A stretch of DNA of 64,000 nucleotides. Source: Harriotta raleighana (taxonomy: Eukaryota). A model generated the notes under the pieces. That model was not told the DNA's origin, searched no databases, and saw only the letters and a program-made list of their open reading frames with translations. Of this stretch, positions 27,801 through 42,800 are shown piece after piece; the first letter of the stretch is position 1; the number at the start of each line of letters is the position of its first letter. The stretch covers positions 4,866,810-4,930,809 of the forward strand of contig JBNZDD010013708.1 in assembly GCA_050575255.1 (NCBI GenBank). Reading direction: 5' to 3'. The position numbers and the translations under genes are program-made.

Positions 27801-30800
27801 CCCTATTGTTGCAGCCAAAGCATCAAGAAATATTGCTAGTGACGTAAGTACCTAGTAGTATCGAGTCATGAGGCAGAGAATTTCCACGCAAAGTGTGACT
27901 TTGAACTCACAGTCTAGGCTGACACAGCAACATAATGCTGGGGAAGCCTTGCGTCTTCTAAGCTATAAGATTCTAACACTGAAGGAAAGGAAAGTAGATT
28001 CTTTTTATTCCTCATTCTGAAAACAAAAACGTATCTTCATTTCCCCGCCACCTCTCCCCACCCCACATCCGCTTCCCCCTCTCCACCTCTTCAATGAATA
28101 TCAATTATCAATAGACATTTTCTTTGGGTGTTGGAAAAGTTATGGGTTTGACTAGAGCTATCCTAAACTCAAACGCTAGTAAATCTCAATGGGGAATCTA
28201 AAGATCCTGTAGCTTATTGGTTAGAGTACTCCCAATCCTCTATTTACCTAACAGTAAGTAGAAACCCGATTGCTAGTCAATTGGCAGTTCACTTTACCAG
28301 GAGTAATAATCCCTTCCAAAAAAAACACATTTGGTCACTCATTGCATGAATGTTTGTGGGACACTCCTGTGTGCAATTGGCTGCCGCGTTTTGTCCACAG
28401 AGTATACTGTCAATTCACTTTACAGTATATTCTGTGAAGCGCTTTGAAAAGTCTAGAACATAGGAACAGGAGAAGGCTATTCAGCCCGTCGAGCCTGTTC
28501 CGTCATTTAATTAGATCGGGTCTGATCTGTACCGCTACTAATCCTTTCAATTCTAATTTCCCGCTTTCTCCGTATTCCTTAATATCCTAACCTACCAAAA
28601 ATTTATCTACCTCACTTTTGAAGGTGTTAAGGATCCAGCATCCACAACCTTTTGGGGGAGAGAATTCCAGATTTCTACCACCCTTCGAGGGGAAAAATGC
28701 TTTCTGATTTCACTCTTAAGTGGCCTGGTTCTAATTTTAAGACTATGTCCCTTTGTTTTGCATTGCCACACCAGAGGAAATAACCTCTCTATCTACCCTC
28801 TCAAATCCCTTTATCATCTTAAATACCTCCTTCAAATCACACCTCAAACTTCTAAACTCAAGGGAATACAATCCAAGTTTGCGCATTGCAACTTAACCCT
28901 TTTAGTTAGGCCTGGTAACATTCTCGTGAACCTATGTTGTACCCCCTCCAGGACCAATATATCTTTCCTGAGGTGCCCAACACTGAACACAGTATTCCAG
29001 ATGGGGTCTGACTAATGCTCTATACATCTGAAGCTTCATTTCTTCTTTGTATTCCAGGGCCCTCGAGATCCAAATCTTTTTGCTCCTCCACAGTTTTTAA
29101 TTTCTCCCCATTAAGAAAATATTCTGAAGACATGATAGACGCTTTATCAAATGCTAGGATTATTATTATTCACAAAAAAATGTAGTCGTAGAATGTAAAA
29201 TGAATTCTGGTCAATGATTGTTTTGTTTATTATTAATCATTATTATTATTTATTCCAGTACAAATACAAACAGGCCTATGAAAAGGCCAGGGGCCATCAC
29301 GTGGGCTTCCGAAGTCTGCAGGACGACCCCAAGTTGGTCCACTCCATGCATATAGCCAAGATGCAGTCTGAGCGCGAGTACAAGAAAGATTACGAGAAGA
29401 GTAAGACTAAGTACCACACTCCAGCGGACATGGTTAACATCACCGCTGCCAAACAGTCCCAGGACATCGTCAGCAACATCAACTATAAAAAACGGATCCA
29501 TCACTACACCTACCTGCCTGACGCCTTGAACCTAGAGCTATCGAAAAACATGATGAACATCCAGAGCGATGTAAGTGCCCATAAAAATACAAATCTTGAA
29601 ATTACAAATTGAAAGTAGCTTTCAAAAGGCAACTTGGTATAGGTCCTTGAGAAGGAAACATTTACAAGACTATGGGGTAAGAGTGGGGGAGCGGGTCTAG
29701 TTAGTAGATCTTTCAAAGAGCCGGCACATGTGTGATGGGCTGAATGGCTTCCTGTGCTGCAAGATTCTCTGATCTATCTTCCAGTTGTGTCCATGTGATG
29801 ACCGCACTCGTACTCTAACCACAGGCCAAGTATTAGTATTATATGATACTTGTGATGAATTCAGGGGCTTCTGAGTTCTTCCTAGATACAAAAACTTGGA
29901 ACATTTACTGCAATATCATTGGCAAGCTATGTGGTTTTACCTTGTCAGACTCCAGCAGTTACCCCAATGCACACTCTGAGGTCCCCCTAGCCTTGGCGTT
30001 TGCCAACCTACGCCTAATACCTGCCGGAATTAGGTAAGCAGAATGCGCCCCTCTGGAGGAGAGAGACAGCGCATTCCATTCCAACAAACTATCTCTGGGA
30101 TGTCCATATGTAGGCAGGATGCATGGAATTCTCAGTTTGGTTTGGATACTCTATTTGGATAAGTATGGTGATGGGTTTCCGTAAGCGTCAGACACCCACC
30201 TGACCAAATCAAAAAATGTTTTCAACTGCAATAGTTGCAGCGAAGTTCTCATAAAAGGTTTCGTCAATTCTTTCAGTGCTTCGGGATATCCTCCCGACAT
30301 GAAAGGTGCTATACAAATGTAATTTTGATGTTGCTCCGCCAGAATTTGTACAAACAAGATTACAATCAATGGGTGAAGGGTTCGGGCTGGATACCAATCG
30401 GCTCACTGGATGTGGAGAAAGCCAAGAAGGCTGGAGAGGTCCTGAATGAGCATAAGTACAGACAACACCCAGACACTGTAAAGTTCACCAGTGTGCCTGA
30501 CTCGATGGAAATGGTTCTGGCCACAAGCAACTCCAAACAACTCAGTGATGTAAGTGCCCTTTCTTCAGCCTCATAACCCTATTGTATGGTCTCTACCTTA
30601 CTTTGTGTAATGTTTTGATCCTTCCGGTCGTTTCCAGCTTCCCTTTCTCTTGNTGTATGGTCTCTACCTTACTTTGTGTAATGTTTTGATCCTTCCGGTC
30701 GTTTCCAGCTTCCCTTTTTCTTGTCCAGCACCTTTCGACTTGCCCCTCCCCCCCCCCGCACCCCCCCCACAGTAATTTGTTGTTGTTGTATAGTGTCTAA

Positions 30801-33800
30801 CTCTGCACTGCGTAGTCCTGCGAGGTGCTCTACCCTGCGNTGCCCCTCCCCCCCCCCGCCCCCCCCCCCCCCCCACAGTAATTTGTTGTTGTTGTATGGT
30901 GTCTAACTCTGCACTGCGTAGTCCTGCGAGGTGCTCTACCCTGCGTAACATGTGCTATACAAATGTGAGCTGTTTTTGCTGTGGGGAGGGGGAAACTTAC
31001 AAGTGTTGAATTATGGCCTGCAATGCATATTTGGTGGATTCTTTCAGCTTGGTTTAGTTGGTTGTCGCTCTAGCCTCTCAGGCAGGCGGCTGTGGGTTCA
31101 AACTCCTTGTTAATCTGTGAGTTCATAAGGCAGGCTGAGGCACCAGTGCAGGACTAGGGAGGGTGCTGCAGTATTGGAGATGTTTTCCTTCAGATTTATT
31201 ATGGACGCACAGTTATTGAACTGATGTTCTTCAAAAGGATTTTTAAAAAATATTTCCCCGCAAACGAGAAGATCCAGGTTTGATTCCCAGCCAGGGTGAA
31301 ATCTTCAGCAAGTTTCCTCACTCCACACTCCTCTGTTTACCTATCAGTAAGTAAGAACCTGGCTGTTAGTTGATTGGTGGACTGCTTTCCAGGAGTAATC
31401 ATCCCTCTTCACAAAATAAAAAAAAATTAGGTCACTCAATCTTTGGGTCACTCAATCCACAGTGTATTGTGGGACACTGCTATGTGCAATTGGCTGCCCA
31501 CAAATACACAGTCAATTCACTTTACAATAACATATACAGTAATAATGATCTGTCCATTTGATACAGCGCGGAGTAATCATCCCTCTTCACAAAATAAAAA
31601 AAAATTAGGTCACTCAATCCACAGTGTATTGTGGGACACTGCTATGTGCAATTGGCTGCCCACAAATACACAGTCAATTCACTTTACAATAACATATACA
31701 GTAATAATGATCTGTCCATTTGATACAGCGCTTTTTAAGTCTTCTAGACGTCTCAAAGTGCTTCACAGAATGTACTGTAAAGTGAATTGACTATATTTGT
31801 GGGAAAAACTTTTTGCTCACAGCAGTGTGCCACAAACAGTCGTGGATTGAGTAACCAGATTATTGTTATTTTTCTTGAGGTGATTGTTATCAGGCTTGTG
31901 GAGTAAGGAAACTTCCAAAGGTTTTGCCCTGCCGGGAATCAAACCCACGTCTCTCGCTTGCAAGGAGAATTCTCTAACTACTGTGCTAAGCTGCAGAACT
32001 CCCCTGCCCTTCCCAATATATTCTGTGAAGTGCTTTGAGACATCTCAATGATGTGATAAGGCGCTATATCAAAAGGAAGGATTATTATTTTGTGGGTTAA
32101 TCATCCCTAGTTAATTCTCGTTTTCTCTTCTCTTTCAGCTGAACTACAGGAAATCCGGTGAAGAGGTGAAGCATAAGTATACACTGAATCTCGACTATCC
32201 AGCTTTCCTACAGGCAAAGGTCAATGCTTTCAACTTGAGTGAGGTACGTAATTCAATTGCAAATTTGGGTTTAGTATTGTTATGCTTGGAGCCTTTTGTT
32301 TACACCCGTCGCTATTTGGTTGTAAAGTAATCTTCCTACTTTCTCTTTTGAAGAATCGCTATAAGCAAACTTGGCAGAAATCCCTGGCTAAAGGCTATGA
32401 TTTGCGATCCGATGCCATTTCGATCAAAGCCGCCAAAGCTTCAAGAAACATTGCTAGCGATGTGAGTACAATGGTTTCTCTTCCCTCCTTCACCCACTCC
32501 GAAACCTCCCTCACTCACCTCTCAATCAAATTGATCACTTAGTAACTTGGTACTCAGTAAATCACTAAGTAAAGATTTTTTAAAAATAAAATTGTCTTAA
32601 AATCCCCCAAAACAATCCATTGTGTAATCTTCTTCAATCAAATTAATTTTAATAAGGAATATGTTTCCTTGTGGTAAATCGAAGGCACTGTTTAACCATG
32701 CACTTTATGTTATCAAATGTTTGGAGTCCAGTAGCATATTGGTAGGAGCACTCGGTTCCCAAGCGAGAGAACCTGGATTTGATTCCTAGACAGGGTGAAA
32801 TCTTGGCAGGTTTCCAGACTGCACAGGCCTCTTTGAACCTTGCAGTAAGTCGGAACCTGGTTGTTATTCGATTTGTGGGGTTCCAGGGGTAATAATTCCT
32901 TCAAAATAATAATTTGGACACTCAATCCATAGCTGTTTATGGGATATTACTGTGCGCAAATGGTTGCCGCGTTTCATCCACAAAATATACAGTCAATTCA
33001 CTTCACAGTATGTGCTGCTGCGCTTCGACACGTCTCACCAATGTGGTGAGGCGCTGTATCAATTGCAAGGATTGTTGTTATTATTGAATAGCATTTGTTA
33101 GGCTCAAGAAGAAATGCCAAAGTTATCATGCAGCATTAATGTAACAACATATCATTCCAGTACAAGTACAAACAGGCCTACGAAAAGGCCAGGGGCCATC
33201 ACGTGGGCTTCCGAAGTCTGCAGGACGACCCCAAGTTGGTCCACTCCATGCATATAGCCAAGATGCAGTCTGAGCGCGAGTACAAGAAAGACTACGAGAA
33301 GAGCAAGACTAAGTACCACACTCCAGCGGACATGGTTAACATCACCGCTGCCAAACAGTCGCAGGACATCGTCAGCAACATCAACTACAAAAAACTGATC
33401 CACAACTACACCTACCTGCCCGACGCCATGAACCTGGAACTGTGCAAGAAAATGATGAACATCCAGAGCGACGTAAGGAACCCCCTTTCATGGCATGTGA
33501 AATAAATTATGGATGTGTCCCGTTCCTCTGTTGGAAAGTATCACTCTTTTTCATCACTATAAAGTAGTGGTTAGCCCGCCCCTGCTCACAAGCAAGAGGA
33601 TCCAGGTTCAATTCCCACTCTTATTTAAGGGTGGGCAAAACCTTAAATAAATTTCCTTATTCTACATGCCTCTATTTAACTAGTCGTTAACAGGAACCTG
33701 GTTGTTCATTGATTGGTGGATCGCTTTTTCAGGGGTAATAATCCTTCCAAATAATAAAAATTTGGTCACTCGATCCTCGACTGTATGTAGGACAGTTTGT

Positions 33801-36800
33801 GTAAGACGCTTGTGTGCCATTAGCTGCTGTGTTTTTCCCACAAATACACATGTCACTCAATTTTTTGATATATTCTGTGAAGTGCTTTGGGATGTTTCAA
33901 TGACGTGATAAGGCGCTGTATCAAATGCAAGGATTATTATTATTGTAATCATTATCGTGTGCTACATTTTTCTTTTCAATGTGTCCTGCCTTCACCCTCA
34001 CTTCCCCTGCAGAACAACTACAAATCTGATTACAATAACTGGCTCAGAGGCATTGGATGGCTCCCAACCGGTTCTTTGGATGTTGAAAAGGCCAGGAAAT
34101 CAACGGACATAGCAAGTGAGACGAAATACCGACAGCACCCAGATATCTTTCCTTTTACAAGTGTCACTGATTCAGTTGAACTTGTTCTGGCCAAAGCTAA
34201 TGCGGATAATATGAACAAGGTGGGTATCCAATTTTGGGACGTGGAAAGTGCACTCAGGCTAATGCAGTTAATGCCAGGTTTATTGAGATCCGTAGCTGTT
34301 TGTAGCATACATGTGGGAGAAGGAAATAGTGGGGAATTGGAGAAGAAATTAAGAGGGTTGCAAGCTTGATTTCAGTATGAATATTGAAACTGACTGTTTG
34401 AGTGGAATGGTATGTTTTCACGCTGTAACATTTGGCCACAAAATACACAGTCAATCCACTTTACAATATAATCAGTGAAGTGATTTGAGACATCTCAACG
34501 ATGTGATAAGGCGTACGTCAAATGCGAGAATTATTATTACTGACGAGACAAGAGAGTTTGCAGATCAATGGTACGGTGAGCTAAGGGGGTAAAGTTTTCA
34601 GGATGTTGAAGAAGATTGTCAAAGTTGTACTCTTCCACAAGCTCTGTGCCATGGCGCTAACACTTCTGACTTCTTTGTTGACAGAAATTATACACTGGAG
34701 CATGGGAAAAAGATAAGACCAAGATCCATATCACGCCGGACGCACCAGAGTTTGTGTTGTCCAGATATAACCAGCACAACATAAGTGAGGTATGTGACTG
34801 GTGTAACATTCAACTCACATTGTCATAAAGGTAGCAGATGCTTATGATAAGTCATCTCGCAAAGTGATTAATTTGCATGTGAACTATCAATGGTACAGTA
34901 AAACTCACATAAGTGTGATCTCCATAAATTGTACACAACTAGTACACAAAAATACAGTCAATTCTGGCTTTGCAGTACATTCTGTGAAGAGCTTTGAGAC
35001 ATCTCGAAGACATGATGAGATGCCATATCAAATGCCAGGATTACTATTATTATTATCATCCACCCAAATTTCATTGAATTTCTTGTAACTCATGCTTTGC
35101 ATGGTCGCAATTGATATGACGTGTGCAAGGTTTACTGTAAAAGAAAATATTCTTATGATCTTGTTGACTTGTTGGCTCAAAGTGATGGTGCTCATTGTAT
35201 CCATCGTCGTTTCCCATTAGAAACTGTACAGATCAGGTTGGGAAGAATCGAAGAAGAAGGGCTACAACCTGAAACCTGACGCCATTTCAATACTGGCTGC
35301 AAAGAAAACAGGGGACATTGCTAGCAATGTAAGTTTCCTTCAGTAACTTTGCTCCAAAAACGCAGCGGATATCACAAATGTTGTGACTCAATTGAAAACT
35401 TCCTGCAAGGATTATTCTTGTTATTATTATCAACATTAAATATTCCCCATATATTTAACTGATATATGGCACAGAAAAGTTTCCATATGCATACGCACTT
35501 GGAACTTTCAGTCTGGTCTTGAGACCCCCTTTTTGATCATGACTTTGATCATCTTCCCTCTTCCATCCTGCCGTGCCCTCTACCCCTTTGATCATAACCT
35601 GCAACTCAGTTACAAACCCCTCATTGTCCATCGCCTTCGGATGTCCTTCTGCTGTGATCGGCATTATATAAATGCAATTTTTTGGTGTTCATGTTGGTCT
35701 GGATAGTGTTAAACACGAGTGATGGGTTTCCACGTGTGTCAGGCACTGCAAGTTGTAGTTGTGGGATCTGTTTCAGTTCAGAACTGATCTTTGCTGTTGA
35801 TTTCAGTATAAATACAAGCTGGCATATGAGAAGGCGAAGGGCAAGCACATTGGTTTCCGTAGCCTGCAGGACGACCCCAAGCTTGTACACTTCATGCAAG
35901 TGGCCAAGATGCAGTCGGATCGCGAATACAAGAAAGCTTATGAAAAGACTAAAACCAAGTACAACACCCCCATGGACATGTTCAGCATTACAGCTGCAAA
36001 GACCTCCCAGGATCGGGTCAGCAACATTTACTACAAGAAGCTTATCCACAATTATATGGTCTTACCTGATTCTGTAAGCATGCGACTAGCGAGGAACAGG
36101 ATGAACATACAGAGTGATGTAAGTAACTAAGTGGGGAGGGGATGTGGGGTAAGAGGGCTTTTCCTGGGCTGTGTGTAGTTTGGAAGATTTAAGGGCACAA
36201 GATGACAAAATTGATTTGGATGAAAGAGGTATAGTACTTTGGCACATCTTAGATCAGGAGCTACGGTTGGGGGAGGGAGAGTATTTTTCCATTTGAGCAC
36301 CAAGAGTTTGACAATAGATTTTAAAACCCCCAAAATGTGTAGAATATGAATTAAGTAGTCTTGGTTATACCAGCCTGCACAGTTTTGTTATATCAGACAT
36401 GGATTTTGCTCGTTCTTATTTTTTTCATTGCAATGCAAAGATGGGATAGGGTCAGCAAAATATCAATAACTTTGTTAATTTGGGGTCAAACTTCATAAAT
36501 CTGCTATTATTTTGTCAGATACACTCTACTTTTCAATAATAATACAACTGATGTACAATTCATATGACAGTGACATCATAGGGAAAAACATCATAGAAAA
36601 CATCAAATATTTGATCTCCTTCCTCCAATCCACTCTCTCTCCCATCATAGCAACAAGGTTTTTTTTAAAAGAAAATGAGTCCCCATGTCCTATTCTCAAC
36701 AGCCCTTCCTGGCAATCAACCTGTTCCAGCAGTTAATTACCTTCTCAGTAAAGAAAAACATCCTGGTGTCTGTCCCAGTAATTGTCTGTTGCAACTCTAA

Positions 36801-39800
36801 ACCCAAATCCTCTCGTTTGACTGTCTGAGTGCATCGGAATAACTTGAATTGGGTTTCCTTTTTCAATTCCATTCAAAATTTTATACACTTTCTACATGGT
36901 CCCACTGGAATTGAGGTACAGATCAAACATGATCGAATAGAATGCTGGAACAGGCTTGAAGGGGCTAAATGTCCTCCTCCTATTCCTATGTTCCCCTTCT
37001 GAATTATCTTCCCTGCTAAAATAATGCGGAAAGAGGAGGAAAAGGAATGAAATCTCAGGGGCAATAACACTCCAAGAATGCTATTGTTAAACCTTTCCCT
37101 TTGGTGTTTCAGAACCTCTACAAGTCAGAGTACAACGACTTCATAAAGGGCCTTGGCTGGGCCCCCAATGGCTCCCTGGATCATGAAAAGAACAAGAAAG
37201 CGTCAAGTATCATTAGTGACAAACACTACCGACAGCATCCGGAAAAATTCAAGTTCACTATCCTGACTGATTCCATACCCTTTGAGTTGGCCAAATCCAA
37301 CAGCCAGATTATGAATGCGGTAAGTAGCAATAATAATATAACAATTGATGATTTATAGTAGTGTTAGAATCCACAAAAATAATATAATTTATAATAATAT
37401 ATAATAATTTATAATATGATATAATAATATAATTCTAATATATTATCATAATATATTATAATAACATGATGACATGATAATAATAAAAATAATATAATTT
37501 TTTTCTTTCTCTCTCCCCCCTCCCCACCCACTTCAACACCTCTCTTGATGTTTTTTGCCCCCTCCCCCTCCCACCCCCGCAGCAATCATACAAAGTTGCT
37601 TGGGAGACGGACAAGACTAAGATTCATGTGATGCCTGACACTCCTGAAATCATTCTCGCCAAAGCGAACCAAATCAACATGAGTCAGGTAAGAGGAGAGG
37701 CGATGCTGAAAGGAAAGCACTGCTCTTGCATTGCATATATTGGTTCTATTTTGAGTACTCTCCAATCCTGTTATAAGAATTGCTAGATGAAAAAAGACCC
37801 AAAAGTTCACCTTCTGCCATCCTGCCCGTTGCGTGACATGTCATGTCCTAAACTATATACTGTATCCTGGGATATTATTTCCTAACAAAAATCTATCTAA
37901 TTTGGTCTTGAAAGAAGCAACAACTGTCTGCTTCCACTGTCTCCCTAAAGAGCCTGTTCCATATGTTTATTACTTGCTCAGTGAAGTAGTGTTTCCACAG
38001 ATTGTACTGTATTCTGAATTTACCCCCTTTCAATTGCAATCCGATTATATTATCCTATATTATAGTACAATGTTATATCATGCTTCAGTACAATGATTTA
38101 AGTTATTCTGCAAAAGGTACTACACTGCTAGCTTGTGATGCAGAAAGCCTTCTGGGATCTGCAAGCAATAGTTGCCAGCTTCCTGACAAACTGCGATCGA
38201 TGAGTCTCCGTTGATCCAAATGTGTTGATCCCGATGTGGCCATTTTGTTTACTGCCAACCAAGGGATGTGTTGTGTTACCTCTGGAGGCCCATCGACTGC
38301 CCTTTGGCATAGTAATAGCTGCTCCACGAGGCTCTTTTGCGACCCCATGGCAGCCACACGCAATGCGGAGGGATGTATTGTTGCATATTGGGCTAGTTCT
38401 GGTCACTCTATTTTGATCCATTGCCTGTCTTACAGAAAATGTATAGACAAAGTATGGAAGACTCAAAGAAGAAGGGTTACAACCTGCTTGCGGACGCCAT
38501 CCCTATCAAAGCTGCCAAAAAATCGAGAGATATCGCTAGTGACGTAAGTGACAACATTCTACTCACAGAACATGTCACTCCAGAGATGCAGGGGAAGAGT
38601 TGGGTGGGAGTAGGGGATATCTGTACTGTTCGAGGTATTATCCTTCAGATAAGATATTAAACTGAGGTCCCATCTGGGCTGCCTGTCTAGGTGGACATTT
38701 AGAGATCTCAAAAAGAGAAGGGAGTTTCTCCCAGTGACCTGGTCAGCAATTGCATCCCAGATAAAATTGGAAATTCACTTTGTTGGAGAGCATTGCTGGA
38801 CATGAATTGGCTGCTGTGTTCACATGCAAATTACAGTCATAGATGTCACAGTAAATCCTGTGAAGCCAATTCAGATGATGGCCTAATGTGAAAGGCACTG
38901 TATGAAATGTAAGAAATATAATTATTCTTATTTTATTGCAGTTTTGATCACCCCATAGATGTAGTTTCTGAGTGGTGTTCAGTGATGGGACAGTCAGACC
39001 AACAACAGTGACATATTACTCTTGAATGGATGTTACATTTCTTAGTATGTTTGAACTTCCAGAAAATAGCTATTTTCTGTTGGATGTGAACATTTTGTGC
39101 ACCGAGCATTTTATCAAACCATTTCTGAATTGTCTTATTAACAGTCCTCATAGTCCTTGCACCAATGATTATAGGAACTATACTCACCCTTATTGTTGTA
39201 ATTATTACAATTATTACTATTATTGTTTGCCCAAACCAAAATTCAACACCTTGAGGCTTGATGGAGCTTGAAAAATTTGTGAATCTTTGTGAATCTAACT
39301 CCTTATGATCTCTGATTTCTCACAGTACAAATATAAGCGCGCTTACGAAAAGGCCAGAGGAAAGCACATTGGTTTCCGCAGCCTGCAGGACGACCCCAAG
39401 CTGGTCCATTACATGAACGTTGCCAAAATGCAGTCGGACCGTGAATATAAGAAAAACTATGAGAAGAGCAAGACCCGGTACCACACGCCGGTGGACATGC
39501 TCAGTGTGATCTCTGCCAAGAAGTCTCAGGAAGTGGCCACCAATGCCAACTACAGGCAAGACTTCCACAAGTATACCTACCTGCCCGATGCCGTGAACCT
39601 GCTACTCTGCAAGAACATGATGGCAATACAGAGTGATGTAAGAAAAATGCCCATATTTTGACCAGTTGTTTTGACTCCTTTTTGAGTGTCCTTATTTGGC
39701 GGAGGAGGGTGGTGTGCAGTTTGGGGGATGGAGGCGCCGAGGGAGGCTGAGCTGAGTTCTCCTCATACATCCTGATTACATTTTGCTAACGAATGTAGAG

Positions 39801-42800
39801 TGAGGGAGTGAGTGTGTGTGTGTGGGGGGTGGAGTTCTCTGTCTGTCTGGGTGTATGTGGGTGGGTTGGGATTGTGTTTCGTTATTTCCTGCTGCTTGTC
39901 CCTACCCATTAAGGCTTTGGCTGGCAAAACTGCTTGTGTTGCCATCAGCAGTGCCTTGGAATACTGCAGACCCATCTGGCTCAGGAACTGGACTAGAGTC
40001 TGCTGCAGAGGGCTGGCTCGATTCCGAACCTTCCATTGTAACGCAGATCACCTTCGAGCTAATTAGCTCCAAGGAAACACCACTTAACTCCCCCCCACCT
40101 GAAAGGTGGATAGTCACTAGTTGGTCGTTCAATAGATTGGTGGTGAGGGTGGTAGTGATGGGGTGGGAGGGGGTTAGGACTGAGACCTCCCTAGCCCTTA
40201 CTACCCACTACCTATGGTTGCCAGCACATTTAGCATTCAGATTAAATGCCTAGCTGTCATTCAATATTAGTTGATGTTCAGCATTAGCAATTTAAAGCAT
40301 TGACTAGGTATTGCATTATCCATGAACCTACTCATCTTATCTAATAATTGTAGAGATTACGGACTGTCAAGTGCTGTTTTGTTGTCTTTGTGTTGCCAGA
40401 ACAAATACAAGACGGACCTCGAGTGGCTGAAAGGCATTGGGTGGAGCCCAGTCGGTTCCCTGGATGTTGAAAAGGCTAAGAAGGCGACCGAGATCATCAG
40501 TGATAAAAACTATAGGCAGCGACCAGATAGTTTCAAGTACACCTCCTTGACTGATTCTGTGGATTTGGTCCTGGCAAAAAGTAATTCAGAAGCGATGAAG
40601 AAGGTAGGGCATCACAGAAAGTGCTCCATATTGATGCAAGAGACAATTGAAAGTCGAAAGGAACCAACTGAAGCTAATTTAAATATAAAATCCAGTGGAA
40701 TCCCATAGCCTAGCGTTTAGTGCGCTTGCCTCAGAAGCGGGAGTATCTGGCTTCAATTCCTGGGCTGGGCAGTACCTTAGGCAAGTTTCCTTACTCCCCA
40801 CTCAACACTTAGACAATTGGCAGATTGCTTTCTGTTGGTAATAATCACATAAAATTCAATCCAAGACTGTTTGAGGGACACTGCTGTGTGCAATTGGCTG
40901 CTGGGGTTCCTCCGTAAAAATTGCTAGGCTTTACAAGATATTCTGTGAAGCGCTGTGAGACATCTCACTTGATAAGGCGCTATATATAAGGCACTATATG
41001 AAATAGAAGGATTATTATAATTATTATTAGAATCTCAGCAATAATGGTACACTTTTCTGATAAAGAATGGGAATTAATTCCAGTTGAATCTTTTCTGGAT
41101 TTCAGGAAATGGTTCAAGAGTCACTTGTTTATCCTTCTTTTTTAACACACAGAACCAGTACACACAAGCCTGGGAGAAAGACAAGATCAAGGTTCACATG
41201 ATGATGGACACTCCAGAGATTGTACAAGCCATTGCTAATAAAATCACCTACAGCAACGTAAGGCAAACTCAGGAAACAAATCTTTGAAATGACTGACGGA
41301 TTTTAAGATTCAAATCCGCAACAATTAATCCACACAATCTTTTCCCTTTTGTCCCTTTTGCAGAATTTGTACAAACAGGCTTGGCTGGAATCAAAGAAAA
41401 AGGGATATGTCCTGACACCTGAAGCTATCTCAATAAAGGCAGCCAAAGCCTGCCAAGATATTGCAAGTGATGTAAGTCAAATCAAGCTTTTCCATTTGGG
41501 AATCGCTGGGAATCACTATTGCATTCCAGGGTCTGATCTGAAGGCATCTTCCTTAGTCAATTCACTATCAACTGAAATACTGTTGAAAGTACAATACGTT
41601 ACAATTTACATTCATGTAATCTAGTCAAAGAGGTACACCCACATTTCTCGCACATATACACAGTCAATTCACTTTACAGTACATTCTAAGTGCTTTGAAG
41701 CGCTTTGAGACATCGAAAAGATGTGTTAAGGCACTATATCGAATTCAAGGATTATTTTTATTATTATTAGGGATGGGGTGATTTGTGTAACCCTGAAACG
41801 CAAAACCTGGCTGGCGATGTTGGGGCAGATAGTGCGGTGTGCAAGTAACAGGCTGGAGTTTACTGTGTGAAGGGAGCAATAGGGTTGGTGGAGTTTAAGG
41901 CGGGTGCAGAGGTAGGGTGGAGTTGAAACCATAGAGGGATTGGAAACATGAAATCGTGGGTCTTGAACTCAATCTGCTTGATGAACATGTGGAAGAGTTC
42001 GTGGCAACTGAAAAGGATGGGGGTGGGTGGGGGTAGAGGTAGCACAGATATCCATTGAAAAGCATGTCCACACCCAAGGAATTCAGTCTCAATTAACTGT
42101 TTTTCTATGATGAAAGATAATGAATGACTTTTCCAGTGAGAACTGGGCTTGCTCATGAGATTGACAAAGTCGGCTTGATTGCTTTACTGGTCAAGTAGCA
42201 GTGAATATTTACAATTGTGTTACAGCACAAGTACAAGACAGCTTACCGCAAGCAGGTGGGTCACCACGTGGGATGTCGTAGCATTCAGGACGACCCCAAG
42301 TTGGTTTGGTCGATGCACGTGGCCAAGATTCAGAGCGACAGGGAGTACAAGAAGGACTTTGAGAAGAGCAAGACCAAGTTCAATGTTCCAGTGGACATGC
42401 TGGACATCCTGTTGGCCAAGAAATGCCAGACTCTGGTCAGCGACATTGACTACAGACACCACCTGCACCAGTGGACCTGTTTGCCCGACCAGAATGATGT
42501 GATCCAGGCTCGGAAGGCCTACAACTTGCAGAGTGATGTGAGTTATTTGAATCAAACTTTACACAGTACATGTGTAATTTGAGACCTGACAAGGTGGAAT
42601 GCTTGGAAGAACAAGGCATTTTTGGATTGAAGGTTCACAAAGCTTTCCACTGTGATGGTAGACTAAATCATACAGAATTAATTGCTATCAACATCTCCAT
42701 TATTGTCACATGCGACTACCAGGGTAAAACTCTGGAACACTCTTTCTCAATCCCTCCACTTTGCCCATTCCTTCCCCATCTTCTGGTCGCTATTTATTTT

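Noticed and set aside
30583-30945. Two local duplications with poly-C runs
   Set aside because: Both are bounded by Ns (30653, 30840); assembly artefacts around homopolymers.
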